A stretch of DNA of 64,000 nucleotides from Pyrinomonadaceae bacterium (GCA_045807785.1 JBJMGS010000012.1:1039-65038); one strand, 5' to 3'. Positions 11,431-21,638 are shown, counted from the stretch's first letter. Notes: a model not told the origin generated them from the sequence alone. A program made the numbers and translations.

Positions 11431-11556
11431 AGCTGTTAGCTGTTAGCGATTAGCTGTTAGCCAAAGCGAAAACAGAGCAAGTAACTAATCTGGTGTGACA
11501 GCTAAGCGCTTCTGACTTCTGGCTAACAGCTAACAGCTAACGGCTAATCGCTAACG
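11431..11556. repeat. Intergenic heptad-palindrome element, junction 5/6
   Basis: agctGTTAGCtGTTAGCgaTTAGCtGTTAGCcaa at 11431-11464. ggCTAACagCTAACagCTAACggCTAATcgCTAACgc at 11521-11556. The loop is nearly identical to that of junction 4/5. Confidence 0.85.
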
Positions 11557-11572
11557 CTATTGAGGTGAACGA

Positions 11573-14008
11573 ATGAACAACCTGTGGCAAGACGTTCGGT
11601 ACGGTTGGCGCTCGCTGCGCAAGAGTCCGGGGTTTACGGTCGTCGCGGTGCTGGCGCTGGCGCTCGGCATCGGGGCAAACTCGGCGATCTTCTCGGTCGT
11701 CAATGCGGTCGTGCTGCGCCCGCTGCCCTTCGATCACCCGGAGCGGCTAACGGCCGTGCTCTCGCGCAACGAGAAGGACGGCTCGGTCGGGAGCGACGAG
11801 GCTTACCCGAACTACGTCGATCTGCGCGACCAGTGTCAGACCTGCGAGGGCGTCGCGGCATACGGCTTCGTGACCATGTTCCTGACCGCCGCCGACGGCG
11901 AGCCGGAGCGCGTGCGCGGCATCGACGCCTCGGCTGAGCTGCTCCCGATGCTCGGCGTCCAGCCTGAGCTGGGGCGCTTCTACACGCGCGAAGAGGATCA
12001 GGCCGGCGCGGCGCGCGTCATCGTGCTCGCGCACGACTTCTGGCGGCGCAGCTTCGGCGGCAACCCGAAGATCATCGGCCAGCAGGTTCCGATGGGTAGC
12101 TCACCGGCGACCGTCATCGGCGTGATGCCCGCCGGCTTCAAGTTCCCGGTCGAGGCGAAGGAAGTGGACTTCTGGATGCCGCTCGCCCCGCTGCTCTCGA
12201 AGAACGATCTCACGCGCCGCGACTACGTTTCGCTCCAGTTCGTCGCCAAGATGAAGGCGGGCGCGACCATCGCGCAGACTCAGTCGGAGATCGAAACCAT
12301 CTCACGCCGGCTGCAATCTCAATACCCGGCGACGAACACGGCGCTCGTCTTCTTCGTCAGGCCGCTCCGCGACGCGCTCGTCGGCGACGTGCGCACGGCA
12401 CTCTTCGTCCTGCTCGGCGCGGTCGCCTTCGTGCTTTTGATCGCGTGCGTCAACGTGGCGAACCTCTTGCTCGCGCGCGCCTCGGCGCGGGCGAAGGAGA
12501 TTTCCGTGCGGACGGCGCTCGGCGCTTCGCGCTGGCGCATCGTCAGGCAAATGCTGACCGAGAGTTTATTGCTCTCCATCGTGGGCGGCGCGCTCGGACT
12601 CCTGTTCGCGACGTGGGGCGTGGCGCTCCTTGTCGGCGCGAGCCCGGCGGATTTGCCGCGCGCGGGCGAGATTAATTTGGACGCGCGCGTCGTGGTCTTC
12701 ACCGCCGCCGTCACACTGCTGACGGGGCTCGTCTTCGGTCTCGCGCCCGCGCTCTCGGCGTCGAAGATAGACATCTCCGACGCGCTCAAGGAGGGCGGGC
12801 GCTCTGGCTCGGACGGCGCGTCGCACAACCGCCTGCGCTCGGCACTCATCGTCGCCGAGGTGGCGCTCTCGCTGGTGCTGCTCGTCGGCGCGGGGCTCCT
12901 CGCGCAGAGCTTCCGCCACCTGCTCGACGTGAAGCCCGGCTTTGATCCGGACAACCTCGTGACGATGGACGTGGTGCCGCGCCGCAGCCGCTACCCGCAG
13001 GATGCGCAGCGCGTGCAGTTCTTCCAGGACTTCCTGCAGAAGGCGAAGGCTCTGCCCGGCGTCGAGTCGGTCGGTCTCGTCGATCCGCTCCCGCTCGGCG
13101 GCAACTTCGAGGCGTGGGACTTCCAGATCGAAGGGCGACCGCCCGCCGCACCCGGCGTCAACCAGAACGCCGACCGGCGCGTGATCGACCCGGACTACTT
13201 CCGCGCGATGAAAATTCCGGTCGTCCGCGGTCGCGCCTTCGGCGACGGCGACGCGGCGACGGCCACGCCCGTCATCATCATCAATGACTCGCTGGCGCGC
13301 AAATACTTCGCGGGCGAGGACGCCGTGGGCAAGCGGCTCGTCTTCGCGGGCGGGACCGTCTCAGGCGCGCGTGAGATCGTCGGCGTCGTCGGCGACGTGC
13401 GCCATGCGGGGCTCGAAGCCGAGACGACTCCCGAAATCTACGTGCCCTTCACGCAGGTCGCTACTTCTCGCCTGACGGTCGTCGCGCGCGCGCGCTCCGG
13501 CGATCCGGCGGGCGTCACGGCTGCCTTGCGCGGCGTCATCCGCCAGACCGACAAGGACTCGCCCATCTACAACGTCCACACGATGAACGAGCTGCTCTCG
13601 GCCTCGGTCGCGCGCCGCCGCTTCAACATGATCCTCCTCGGTAGTTTCGCCGCGCTCGCGCTGCTGCTCGCGAGCCTTGGCATCTACGGCGTCATTTCTT
13701 ACACCGTGACGCAGCGCACGCACGAGATCGGCATCCGCGTCGCGCTCGGTGCGCAAGCCTCGGACGTGCTGCGGATGGTGCTGGGGCAGGGGATGATCCT
13801 GACCTTCGTCGGGGTCGGGGTCGGCCTCGTCGGCGCGTTCGCGCTGACGCGCGTCATGTCGAGTCTGCTCTTCGGCGTCTCGGCGACCGATCCGCTCACC
13901 TTCGCCGTCGTCGCGCTGTTGCTCCCCGCCGTCGCGCTCGTCTCGTGTCTTATCCCCGCGCGGCGCGCGACGCGCGTCGATCCGATGGTGGCGCTCAGGT
14001 ACGAATGA
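11573..14008 (+). CDS. ADOP-type duplicated orphan ABC permease
   Basis: MNNLWQDVRYG start with GAGGTG upstream. Ends [11 protein letters not shown]-stop. Confidence 0.9.
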   Translation: MNNLWQDVRYGWRSLRKSPGFTVVAVLALALGIGANSAIFSVVNAVVLRPLPFDHPERLTAVLSRNEKDGSVGSDEAYPNYVDLRDQCQTCEGVAAYGFVTMFLTAADGEPERVRGIDASAELLPMLGVQPELGRFYTREEDQAGAARVIVLAHDFWRRSFGGNPKIIGQQVPMGSSPATVIGVMPAGFKFPVEAKEVDFWMPLAPLLSKNDLTRRDYVSLQFVAKMKAGATIAQTQSEIETISRRLQSQYPATNTALVFFVRPLRDALVGDVRTALFVLLGAVAFVLLIACVNVANLLLARASARAKEISVRTALGASRWRIVRQMLTESLLLSIVGGALGLLFATWGVALLVGASPADLPRAGEINLDARVVVFTAAVTLLTGLVFGLAPALSASKIDISDALKEGGRSGSDGASHNRLRSALIVAEVALSLVLLVGAGLLAQSFRHLLDVKPGFDPDNLVTMDVVPRRSRYPQDAQRVQFFQDFLQKAKALPGVESVGLVDPLPLGGNFEAWDFQIEGRPPAAPGVNQNADRRVIDPDYFRAMKIPVVRGRAFGDGDAATATPVIIINDSLARKYFAGEDAVGKRLVFAGGTVSGAREIVGVVGDVRHAGLEAETTPEIYVPFTQVATSRLTVVARARSGDPAGVTAALRGVIRQTDKDSPIYNVHTMNELLSASVARRRFNMILLGSFAALALLLASLGIYGVISYTVTQRTHEIGIRVALGAQASDVLRMVLGQGMILTFVGVGVGLVGAFALTRVMSSLLFGVSATDPLTFAVVALLLPAVALVSCLIPARRATRVDPMVALRYE

Positions 14009-14012
14009 GGGA

Positions 14013-14169
14013 GGCGGTTAGTTGTGAGCGATTAGCGATTAGCTTTTAGCTGTTAGCCCTGAGCTATGAGTTGCAAGCGACTAACGCTCGGCCTTCGCAC
14101 CGGCCTTGTTAACGACCGTGTTTTCAGTTTGGCTCACAGCTAATGGCTAACAGCTAACAACTAAAAGCT
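14013..14169. repeat. Intergenic heptad-palindrome element, junction 6/7 (longest copy)
   Basis: ggcgGTTAGttgtgagcgaTTAGCgaTTAGCttTTAGCtGTTAGCcctgagctatgag at 14013-14070. ggctcacagCTAATggCTAACagCTAACaaCTAAAagct at 14131-14169. Confidence 0.8.
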
Positions 14170-14181
14170 CTCGAGGTAGCG

Positions 14182-16572
14182 ATGGACACACTCTGGCAAG
14201 ACCTGCGTTACGGCGTGCGGATGATGTTGAAGCGCCCCGGCTTTGCGGCGGCGGCGGTGTTGACGCTCGCGCTCGGCATCGGCGCGACGACGGCGATCTT
14301 CTCCGTCGTCAACGCGGTGCTGCTGCGCCCGCTGCCTTTCAGCGAGCCGGAGCGCCTGTTGACGCTCAGGCGGAACGAGTCGGTGCCCGACCTCGAAGAC
14401 ATTAAAGCGCAGAGCCAGTCGTTCGAGTCGCTCGGCAGCTCCAACCAACGTCCGCTCGACTACACGGGCGAGGCGGAGCCGTTGCAGGTGCAGGCCAGTC
14501 TCTGTAACGCCGATCTCTTCCGCGCGCTTGGCGTCCCGGCGGAGATCGGGCGCACGATCACGCCCGCCGAAGACGGGTACGGCGCAGAGCGCGTCGTGGT
14601 CTTGAGTCACAACTTCTGGGAGCGCCATTTCGGCGGCGACCGCGGTGTCATCGGGCGCGCGATTCCGCTCAGCGGAAACTCCTACACCGTCATCGGCGTG
14701 ATGCCGCCGCAGTTCAACGCGCTCGGCGCAGACACGGACGTGTGGGCGGCGCTGCGCGTGGTCGATCCGCTCGCGGCGCAGTTTCGCGGCGTGCATTTCC
14801 TGCGCACCTACCTGCGTTTGAAACCCGGTGCGACGATGCAGCAGGCACAGGCCGAGCTGGCGTCAATTGACCAGCGTCTGGAGCAGCAGTACCCGGAGGA
14901 GAACAAGGGGCGGCACAGGCAGCTCCTCTCGCTGCACGAGTACGTCGTCGGCGACACGCGCCCGGCGCTGCTCATCCTCTTCGGCGCGGTCGCTCTGGTG
15001 CTGCTCGTCGCGGCGGCAAACTTCTCGAATCTGCTGCTGGCGCGCGCGGCGTCGCGCAAATCCGAGCTGGCTGTGCGCGCGGCCCTCGGCGCGGGTCGCG
15101 CGCGACTCGCAAGACAGTTGGTGACCGAGAGTGTATTGCTGGCCGCCGTCGGCGGGGTGGGTGGTCTCATCCTCGCGTCGTGGGGCATTGATCTTTTGAC
15201 CGCACTCAAGCCTGAGAGTCTGCCGCTCGCGGCGTCGGTTGGGATTGACCGCTGGGTACTGGCGTTCACCTTCGGCGTCGCGCTCTTGACGGGCGTCGTC
15301 TTCGGACTCGTGCCCGCACTCGGCGCGTCCCGCTTCGACGTGACGGCGGCACTCAAAGAAGGCGGTCGCGGCGCGCAGGGCGGCGTACGGCAGCGCGCGC
15401 GAAGTCTCCTGGTCGTCTCGGAGCTGGCGCTCGCGCTGATGCTGCTCGTCGGCGCGGGACTCTTGATCAAGGGCTTCTGGCGGCTGCGCTCGGTCGAGCC
15501 TGGTGTCGATCCGTCGAACCTGCTGACCATGCGACTTGAGTTGCCAGAGGCGCGCTACAAAGAGATTCCGAAGCAGACAGAGTTCCGCCGCCAACTCGTC
15601 GAGCGGCTGAACGCGCTGCCCGGCGTCGAGGCGGCAATGGTCAGCGAGCTGCCCTTGAGCGGCGACATGCTGACGCACAACGTCGCCATCGAAGGGCGAC
15701 CCGTCGCGATCGGCGACGAACCGGAGTTGCAGACGATCAATGTCGCCGGCGACTACTTCCACACGATGCGCATCCCCTTGCTTCGCGGTCGCGGCTTGAC
15801 GTCGCAGGATCGCGCGGGCGCGCCCGTGGTCGGCGTCGTCACCGAAAGTTTCGTCCGCGAATACTTCCCGAACTCCGACCCCATCGGCGCGCGCATCCGC
15901 TGGGTGCGACAGCAGCCGCCGCAGTGGATGACCATCGTCGGCGTCGTCGCAGACGTCAAACACTCCGGTCTGGATCAACCCGAAGCGCCCGCGTTCTACT
16001 ACTCCTACATGCAGGCCGATCAAACCTGGAAGCGTTGGATGTACCTCACCGTCCGCGGCCAGGCCAATCCAGCGGCGCTCGCGCAGCAGGTGAAGGAGCA
16101 GGTCTGGGCGCTCGACAAGCAACTGCCTGTGACGAAGGTTAAACCGATGACTGAAGTGATCGCGGCATCGGTCGCCGCGCGCCGCTTCACGATGACGCTG
16201 ATGGGCATCTTCGCTGTCGCCGCGCTCCTGCTCGCGAGCCTTGGCATCTACGGCGTCATCTCTTACACCGTGACGCAGCGCACGCACGAGATCGGCGTGC
16301 GCGTGGCGCTCGGCGCGCGCACGGCTGACGTGCTCCGGCTCGTCATGGGGCAGGGGCTCTGGCTCACTGCGGTCGGCGTGGCGCTGGGGCTCGCCGGGGC
16401 GTTCGCCGCCACGCGGCTGATGAAGGGCTTGCTCTTCGGCGTCGGGGCGACCGACGCCTCGACTTTCATCGTCATCCCGGCGCTGCTCGCGGCGGTCGCG
16501 CTCGCCGCCTGTCTCGTGCCGGCGCGGCGCGCGGCGCGGGTCGATCCGATGATCGCGCTCAGAGACGAGTGA
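14182..16572 (+). CDS. ADOP-type duplicated orphan ABC permease
   Basis: [11 protein letters not shown] start. Same architecture as the paralogs. The tail is a variant, [11 protein letters not shown]-stop. Confidence 0.9.
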   Translation: MDTLWQDLRYGVRMMLKRPGFAAAAVLTLALGIGATTAIFSVVNAVLLRPLPFSEPERLLTLRRNESVPDLEDIKAQSQSFESLGSSNQRPLDYTGEAEPLQVQASLCNADLFRALGVPAEIGRTITPAEDGYGAERVVVLSHNFWERHFGGDRGVIGRAIPLSGNSYTVIGVMPPQFNALGADTDVWAALRVVDPLAAQFRGVHFLRTYLRLKPGATMQQAQAELASIDQRLEQQYPEENKGRHRQLLSLHEYVVGDTRPALLILFGAVALVLLVAAANFSNLLLARAASRKSELAVRAALGAGRARLARQLVTESVLLAAVGGVGGLILASWGIDLLTALKPESLPLAASVGIDRWVLAFTFGVALLTGVVFGLVPALGASRFDVTAALKEGGRGAQGGVRQRARSLLVVSELALALMLLVGAGLLIKGFWRLRSVEPGVDPSNLLTMRLELPEARYKEIPKQTEFRRQLVERLNALPGVEAAMVSELPLSGDMLTHNVAIEGRPVAIGDEPELQTINVAGDYFHTMRIPLLRGRGLTSQDRAGAPVVGVVTESFVREYFPNSDPIGARIRWVRQQPPQWMTIVGVVADVKHSGLDQPEAPAFYYSYMQADQTWKRWMYLTVRGQANPAALAQQVKEQVWALDKQLPVTKVKPMTEVIAASVAARRFTMTLMGIFAVAALLLASLGIYGVISYTVTQRTHEIGVRVALGARTADVLRLVMGQGLWLTAVGVALGLAGAFAATRLMKGLLFGVGATDASTFIVIPALLAAVALAACLVPARRAARVDPMIALRDE

Positions 16573-16624
16573 TTAAAGAAGAGACGAGTGATTAAAAATT
16601 AACCTGCGAAGCAGGAGGGGGTTG

Positions 16625-19051
16625 ATGGCTATGGGGACGTTCTGGCAAGACATCAAGTACGGCGTGCGCGTGTTGTTGAAGACGCCACTGTTCACCGCCG
16701 TAGCAGTGCTCGTCATCGCGCTCGGCATCGGGGCGAACACGGCGATCTTCTCGGTCGTCAACGCGGTGCTGCTCAGGCCGCTGCACTTCGAGTCGCCCGA
16801 ACAACTCGTCCGCGTCTTCGGGACGTCGCCGCGGCGCAACAACTTCTCGCGCCCCTACTCGTACCTGAACTTCTCAGACCTGCGCACACAGAACGGGACG
16901 CTCGAAGCGCTCGGCGCTTATACGGGGACGAGCGCGGCTCTGAGCGGGACGGACGCGCCGGAGCAGATCACGGGCGTGCTGGCGTCGGGCGACATCTTCC
17001 GCGTGCTGAAGACGAAGCCGCTGCTCGGGCGCTTGCTCGCGCCGGAGGACGAGAAGCCGGGCGGCACACCCGTCGCCGTCATCAGCCACGGGCTGTGGCA
17101 GCGCCGCTTCGGCTCCGATCCGAACATCGTCGGCCACCAGATCAAACTCGACGGCAAAGAGCGCGAGATCATCGGCGTCACGCCCGCCGACTTCCGCTTC
17201 GAGTTTCTCACGGACGCCGCAGACTTCTGGACGCCCATCGACCCGCAGGGCGACGGGTTCCAGTCGCGCGGTGCGATCTTCCTCGAAGTGATCGGAAGGC
17301 TCAAGCCTGGCGTCACACTCGGGCAGGCGCAGGCCGACATGGAAGGCGTGATGGGGCGTTTGCAGCAGGAGTATCCGAATCCGAACACAGGCATCGGCAT
17401 CCGTCTGGCGGGCGCGCAGGAGGAGCTGGTCGGCGACCTGCGCCCGACACTGCTCGTGCTGCTCGGCGCGGTCGGCTTCGTGTTGCTCATCGCGTGCGCC
17501 AACGTGGCGAACCTGCTCTTAGCGCGCGCCGCCGGGCGTGGGCGCGAGATCGCCGTGCGGGTGGCGCTCGGCGCGTCGCGCGCGCGCATCGTCCGGCAGC
17601 TTTTGACCGAGAGCACGCTGCTCGCCTGCGTCGGCGGTCTGCTCGGCCTGCTCTTCGCCGTCTGGGGCGTCGATCTGCTCAACTCGTTCATCCCGCCGGA
17701 CGTGCCGCGCTTCGGCGAGACGAGTCTCGATCTGCCGGTGCTTGCCTTCACGCTCGGCGCGTCGCTCTTGACGGGCGTGCTCTTCGGGCTCGCGCCCGCC
17801 GTCCACAGCGCGCGCATCGACATGAACGAGTCGCTCAAGGAGGGCGGTCGTGGCGCGACCGAGGGGCGCGCGCGCAACCGCGTACACAGCCTGCTCGTCG
17901 TGGCCGAGGTCGCGCTCTCGCTCGTGCTCCTGGTCGGCGCGGGCTTGCTCGTCAAGAGCTTCATCAAACTGCGCAACACCGATCCGGGTTTTGATCCGCG
18001 CGGCACGGTGACCGCTTCGCTCTCGCTCGCACCCGTACGCTACACGAAGGACGAACAGATCACGCAGTTCTACGATCAACTGATCGAGCGCATCAAGTCG
18101 CTCCCCGGCGTGGAGGCGGTCGGCGCCGTCTCGCCGCTCCCCTTGAGCGGCAACGGGATGTCCTACTCCTTCGTTATCACGGATCGACCGGAGCCGCCGC
18201 CCGGCCAGGGCTTATCGGCCTCGGCGCGCTTCACGACGCCCGGCTACTTCCGCGCGATGGGCATCCCCCTGCTCCGGGGGAGAATTTTCACCGAGCAGGA
18301 CAGGGCGGACGCGCCCGCCGTGCTCGTCGTCAACGAAGCGTTCGCGCGCCGCTACTTTTCCGGCGAGGAAGTGCTCGGCAAGCGGTTGCGTCTGGGGTTC
18401 AACCGGATCGAGGGCGAGGTCGTGGGCGTGGTCGGCGACGTGCGGGGCAGCAACCTGAGCGAGCCGGGCACGCCGGAGTATTACATCCCGCAGTCGCACG
18501 CCGCGTCGGGCGATATGTCGCTGGTCGTGCGCACGAGCACGTCTGATCCGGCGGCGCTCACGCCCGCGCTGCGACAGGTGGTGCGCGAGATGGACAAGGA
18601 TCAGCCGCTCTACGAAGTGCGGACGATGAACGCGCTCGTCTCAAGATCGGTGGCGCGGCAGCGCTTCAGCACGACCCTGATCGGGGTCTTCGCGGCGCTG
18701 GCGCTCGCGCTCGCGGCGGTCGGCATCTTCAGCGTGATGAGCTTCCTCGTCGCGCAGCGCACGCACGAGATCGGCATCCGCATGGCTCTCGGTGCGCAAA
18801 CTTCTGACATCCTGCGGATGATCCTCGGTCGCGGCATGACACTGACGCTCGTCGGCGTCGGGCTCGGACTCGCCGCCGCCTTCGGCCTGACGCGACTGAT
18901 GAGGAGTCTGCTCTTCGGCGTCTCGGCGACCGACCCTATCACGTTCGGGGGCGTCGCAGTCCTGCTCGCGTCGGTCGCGCTCCTTGCCTGCTACGTGCCG
19001 GCACGGCGCGCGACGAAGGTCGATCCGATGATCGCGTTGCGCTACGAGTGA
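16625..19051 (+). CDS. ADOP-type duplicated orphan ABC permease
   Basis: GGAGG at 16614-16618. ATG at 16625 (MAMGTFWQD) has the best spacing; ATG at 16631 (MGTFWQD) matches the paralog N-termini. Ends [11 protein letters not shown]-stop. Confidence 0.88.
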   Translation: MAMGTFWQDIKYGVRVLLKTPLFTAVAVLVIALGIGANTAIFSVVNAVLLRPLHFESPEQLVRVFGTSPRRNNFSRPYSYLNFSDLRTQNGTLEALGAYTGTSAALSGTDAPEQITGVLASGDIFRVLKTKPLLGRLLAPEDEKPGGTPVAVISHGLWQRRFGSDPNIVGHQIKLDGKEREIIGVTPADFRFEFLTDAADFWTPIDPQGDGFQSRGAIFLEVIGRLKPGVTLGQAQADMEGVMGRLQQEYPNPNTGIGIRLAGAQEELVGDLRPTLLVLLGAVGFVLLIACANVANLLLARAAGRGREIAVRVALGASRARIVRQLLTESTLLACVGGLLGLLFAVWGVDLLNSFIPPDVPRFGETSLDLPVLAFTLGASLLTGVLFGLAPAVHSARIDMNESLKEGGRGATEGRARNRVHSLLVVAEVALSLVLLVGAGLLVKSFIKLRNTDPGFDPRGTVTASLSLAPVRYTKDEQITQFYDQLIERIKSLPGVEAVGAVSPLPLSGNGMSYSFVITDRPEPPPGQGLSASARFTTPGYFRAMGIPLLRGRIFTEQDRADAPAVLVVNEAFARRYFSGEEVLGKRLRLGFNRIEGEVVGVVGDVRGSNLSEPGTPEYYIPQSHAASGDMSLVVRTSTSDPAALTPALRQVVREMDKDQPLYEVRTMNALVSRSVARQRFSTTLIGVFAALALALAAVGIFSVMSFLVAQRTHEIGIRMALGAQTSDILRMILGRGMTLTLVGVGLGLAAAFGLTRLMRSLLFGVSATDPITFGGVAVLLASVALLACYVPARRATKVDPMIALRYE

Positions 19052-19092
19052 AGTCCGTCGGCAATCAAGGCGCGACTCGCGCGGAGGGACAC

Positions 19093-21513
19093 ATGAGCAC
19101 ACTGTGGCACGATCTCAAGTACAGCGCTCGCCTGTTGTTGAAGAGCCCCGGCTTCACCTTCGTCGCCGTGCTCTCGCTCGCGCTGGGCGTGGGCGCGAAC
19201 ACGGCGATCTTCTCGCTGGTCAACACGGCGCTCTTGCGCCCGCTGCCGTTCAGTGAACCCGACCAGCTGATGTTTCTGGCGGAGCAGAGTCGGGCGGGCG
19301 ACCGGGGTAATCTGGCCTACCCGAATTTCAAAGACTGGCAGGAGCGCGCGAAGTCTTTCGCGGGCATGGCCGTTTACCGCGGCGGCTCGTTCAGTCTCAC
19401 GGGTGGCGACTACGCGGTGCGTCTGCAGGGCCGGACGGTGAGCGGCAACTTCTTCGAGCTGCTCGGCGTGCAGCCCGAACTCGGTCGCGCCTTCACGGCG
19501 GAAGACGACAAGCTCGGGGCGGCGAAGACCGCGCTCATCAGCCACGGGCTGTGGCTGGAGCGTTTCGGCGGCGACACGACGGTCGTCGGACGCGAGATCA
19601 AGCTTGACTCCGAGACGGTCACGGTCGTCGGCGTGCTGCCGCAGTGGTTGGAGTTCCTGCGCCGCGACGACATCTACGTCCCCATCGGCCCCACCCTCAC
19701 GGAGCAGTCGGGCTACCTCGAACGCGGAAACCACTTCGGGCTCTACGGCGTGGCGCGCCTGAAGCCGGGGGTCGCGCCCGCGCAGGCGCGCGCCGAGATC
19801 GAAGGGCTGGCCGCGCAGCTCGAACGCGAGTACCCGGAGACGAACAGCGGCGTCGGCGCGCAGGTTATGCCGCTCGCGGAGCGCTGGGTTGAGAACCTCA
19901 AGCCGGCGCTGCTCGTGCTGCTCGCCGCCGTCGCGTTCGTCCTGCTCATCGCGTGCGTCAACGTGGCGAACCTGGCTCTGGCGCGCGGGGCGGAGCGACA
20001 GCGCGAGATCGCCGTGCGCGTCGCGCTCGGCGCGGCGCGCTGGCGCATCGTGCGCCAACTCTTGAGCGAAAGCATGCTGCTCGCGCTGCTCGGCGGCGGC
20101 GCGGGGCTGCTCCTCGGCTCGTGGCTGCTCGACGGCCTCCTCGCGCTGGCACCCGCCGACGCGATCCAGCTCACACACGTCAGCCTCGATGGCCGCGTGC
20201 TCTGGTTCACGCTCGGCGTCTCGCTCGTGACGGGCCTGCTCTTCGGGCTCGTGCCCGCGCTCAACGCCTCGCACCCCGATCTCAATGCGGCGCTCAAAGA
20301 GGGCGGTCGCTCGCTGGCCGACTCTTCGCGAGAGGGGCTGCGCCGCGCGCTGCTCGTCGCCGAGGTCGGCCTCGCGCTGGTGCTGCTCGTCGGCGCCGGC
20401 CTGATGCTGAGGACGGTCCGCCAACTGACGCGCGTCGATGTCGGCTTCGACGCCGACCACCTGCTGACGGCACGTTTCAACCTGCCCGCCGACACTTACA
20501 AAGAGAACCCGCGCCGCCTCGCCTTCTACGACGAGTGCCTGACGCGCGTTTCGGCGCTGCCTGGCGTGAGCGGCGCGGCGCTCACCTTCTCGCTCCCGAT
20601 TGACGGGTCGAACTGGAACTCCGTCTTCGTCGCCGCCGATCTGCCCGTGCCTGCGCGCGCAGACATTCCGTCGTCGGCCTTCACTCCCGTCAGCGGCAAC
20701 TACTTTTCGACGATGAACATTCCCGTGCTGCGCGGTCGCGCCTTCAACTCGACCGACACGGCGGACGGGCAGCGCGTCGTCGTGATCAACGAGACGATGG
20801 CGCGGCGGCTCTGGCCCGGTCAGGACGCCGTGGGCAAGCGCATCAAGCAGGGGTGGCCGGAGGCTAAGACGCCCTGGCGCGAAGTGATCGGCGTCGTCGC
20901 GGACGTGAAGCTCAACGGCGTCGAGAGGGAGACGCCGTTGCAGTCCTACCTGCCGCTCACGCAGGAGCCCGCGCGCTCCCTCGTCCTCGTCGCACGCACG
21001 AAGGGCGACCCGCGCCCGCTCGGCGCGAGCGTCGAACAGGCCATGCACTCGATTGAGAAAGACCTGCCTGTCTTTGCCGTGCGCTCGATGGACGAAATTC
21101 TGAACAGCGCCATCGCGCAGCAGCGGCTCTTGATGACGCTGCTCGCGGGCTTCTCCGTCGTTGCGCTGCTGCTCGCGGCGGTCGGCATCTACGGCGTCAT
21201 CTCCTGGTCGGTCAACCGGCGCACGCACGAGATCGGCATCCGCATGGCGCTCGGCGCGCAAACCTCGGACGTGCTGCGGCTCGTCATCGGGCAAGGGATG
21301 CGACTGGCGCTCGCGGGCGTCGTCGTGGGGCTCGTGTCGGCGTTCGGCGTGACGCGGCTGATGAAGGGCCTGCTCTTCGGCGTCTCCGCGTCCGACCCGG
21401 CGACATTCGTAGGGATCGCGGTGCTGCTCGCGCTCGTCTCGTTCGCCGCCTGCTACCTGCCGGCGCGGCGTGCCACACAGGTCGATCCGATGATCGCGCT
21501 CAGGCACGAATGA
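19093..21513 (+). CDS. ADOP-type duplicated orphan ABC permease
   Basis: ATG at 19093 (MSTLWHDLKYS) preceded by GGAGGG. The ORF-track start at 19048 would overlap the previous gene. Ends [11 protein letters not shown]-stop. Confidence 0.9.
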   Translation: MSTLWHDLKYSARLLLKSPGFTFVAVLSLALGVGANTAIFSLVNTALLRPLPFSEPDQLMFLAEQSRAGDRGNLAYPNFKDWQERAKSFAGMAVYRGGSFSLTGGDYAVRLQGRTVSGNFFELLGVQPELGRAFTAEDDKLGAAKTALISHGLWLERFGGDTTVVGREIKLDSETVTVVGVLPQWLEFLRRDDIYVPIGPTLTEQSGYLERGNHFGLYGVARLKPGVAPAQARAEIEGLAAQLEREYPETNSGVGAQVMPLAERWVENLKPALLVLLAAVAFVLLIACVNVANLALARGAERQREIAVRVALGAARWRIVRQLLSESMLLALLGGGAGLLLGSWLLDGLLALAPADAIQLTHVSLDGRVLWFTLGVSLVTGLLFGLVPALNASHPDLNAALKEGGRSLADSSREGLRRALLVAEVGLALVLLVGAGLMLRTVRQLTRVDVGFDADHLLTARFNLPADTYKENPRRLAFYDECLTRVSALPGVSGAALTFSLPIDGSNWNSVFVAADLPVPARADIPSSAFTPVSGNYFSTMNIPVLRGRAFNSTDTADGQRVVVINETMARRLWPGQDAVGKRIKQGWPEAKTPWREVIGVVADVKLNGVERETPLQSYLPLTQEPARSLVLVARTKGDPRPLGASVEQAMHSIEKDLPVFAVRSMDEILNSAIAQQRLLMTLLAGFSVVALLLAAVGIYGVISWSVNRRTHEIGIRMALGAQTSDVLRLVIGQGMRLALAGVVVGLVSAFGVTRLMKGLLFGVSASDPATFVGIAVLLALVSFAACYLPARRATQVDPMIALRHE

Positions 21514-21518
21514 GGAGA

Positions 21519-21638
21519 GCGGTTAGCGATTAGCGATTAGCCGTTAGCAGGAAGCTACCAGCTCTCAGCATTCGCGCCGGCTCCGAGACGGATGGTGTTT
21601 TCGGCTTGGCTAATAGCCAATAGCTAATAGCCAACTGC
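21519..21638. repeat. Intergenic heptad-palindrome element, junction 9/10
   Basis: gcgGTTAGCgaTTAGCgaTTAGCcGTTAGC at 21519-21548. ggCTAATagCCAATagCTAATagCCAActgc at 21608-21638. Confidence 0.8.

Noticed and set aside
14863-16287. 474-codon minus-strand ORF inside the seventh ADOP gene. Similar ones occur at 6704-7744, 9960-11018, 1204-2217 and elsewhere.
   Set aside because: Same antisense-shadow explanation, with an Arg-rich low-complexity translation that overlaps well-supported genes.
19042-21507. 821-codon minus-strand ORF exactly mirroring the ninth ADOP gene.
   Set aside because: It is a shadow ORF of a high-GC gene. Antisense stops require sense TTA/CTA/TCA codons, which are avoided here. 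The product is Arg/Asp/His/Glu-rich with no motifs, no RBS and no TM pattern, whereas the plus-strand product has full family motifs.
1089-21638. Whether the short tandem repeats in the intergenic regions are CRISPR arrays.
   Set aside because: The period is 7 nt with no spacers. Each locus is two opposed arrays of 2-6 units, and no cas genes are present.
1089-21638. Whether the array is integron-like, with same-orientation genes each followed by an imperfect inverted repeat like attC.
   Set aside because: No integrase or attI is in the window. All the 'cassettes' are paralogs of one family. The repeat core GTTAGC/GCTAAC deviates from GTTRRRY/RYYYAAC, and the order on the coding strand (GTT...AAC) is the reverse of attC. 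A search for intI upstream of the window would settle it.
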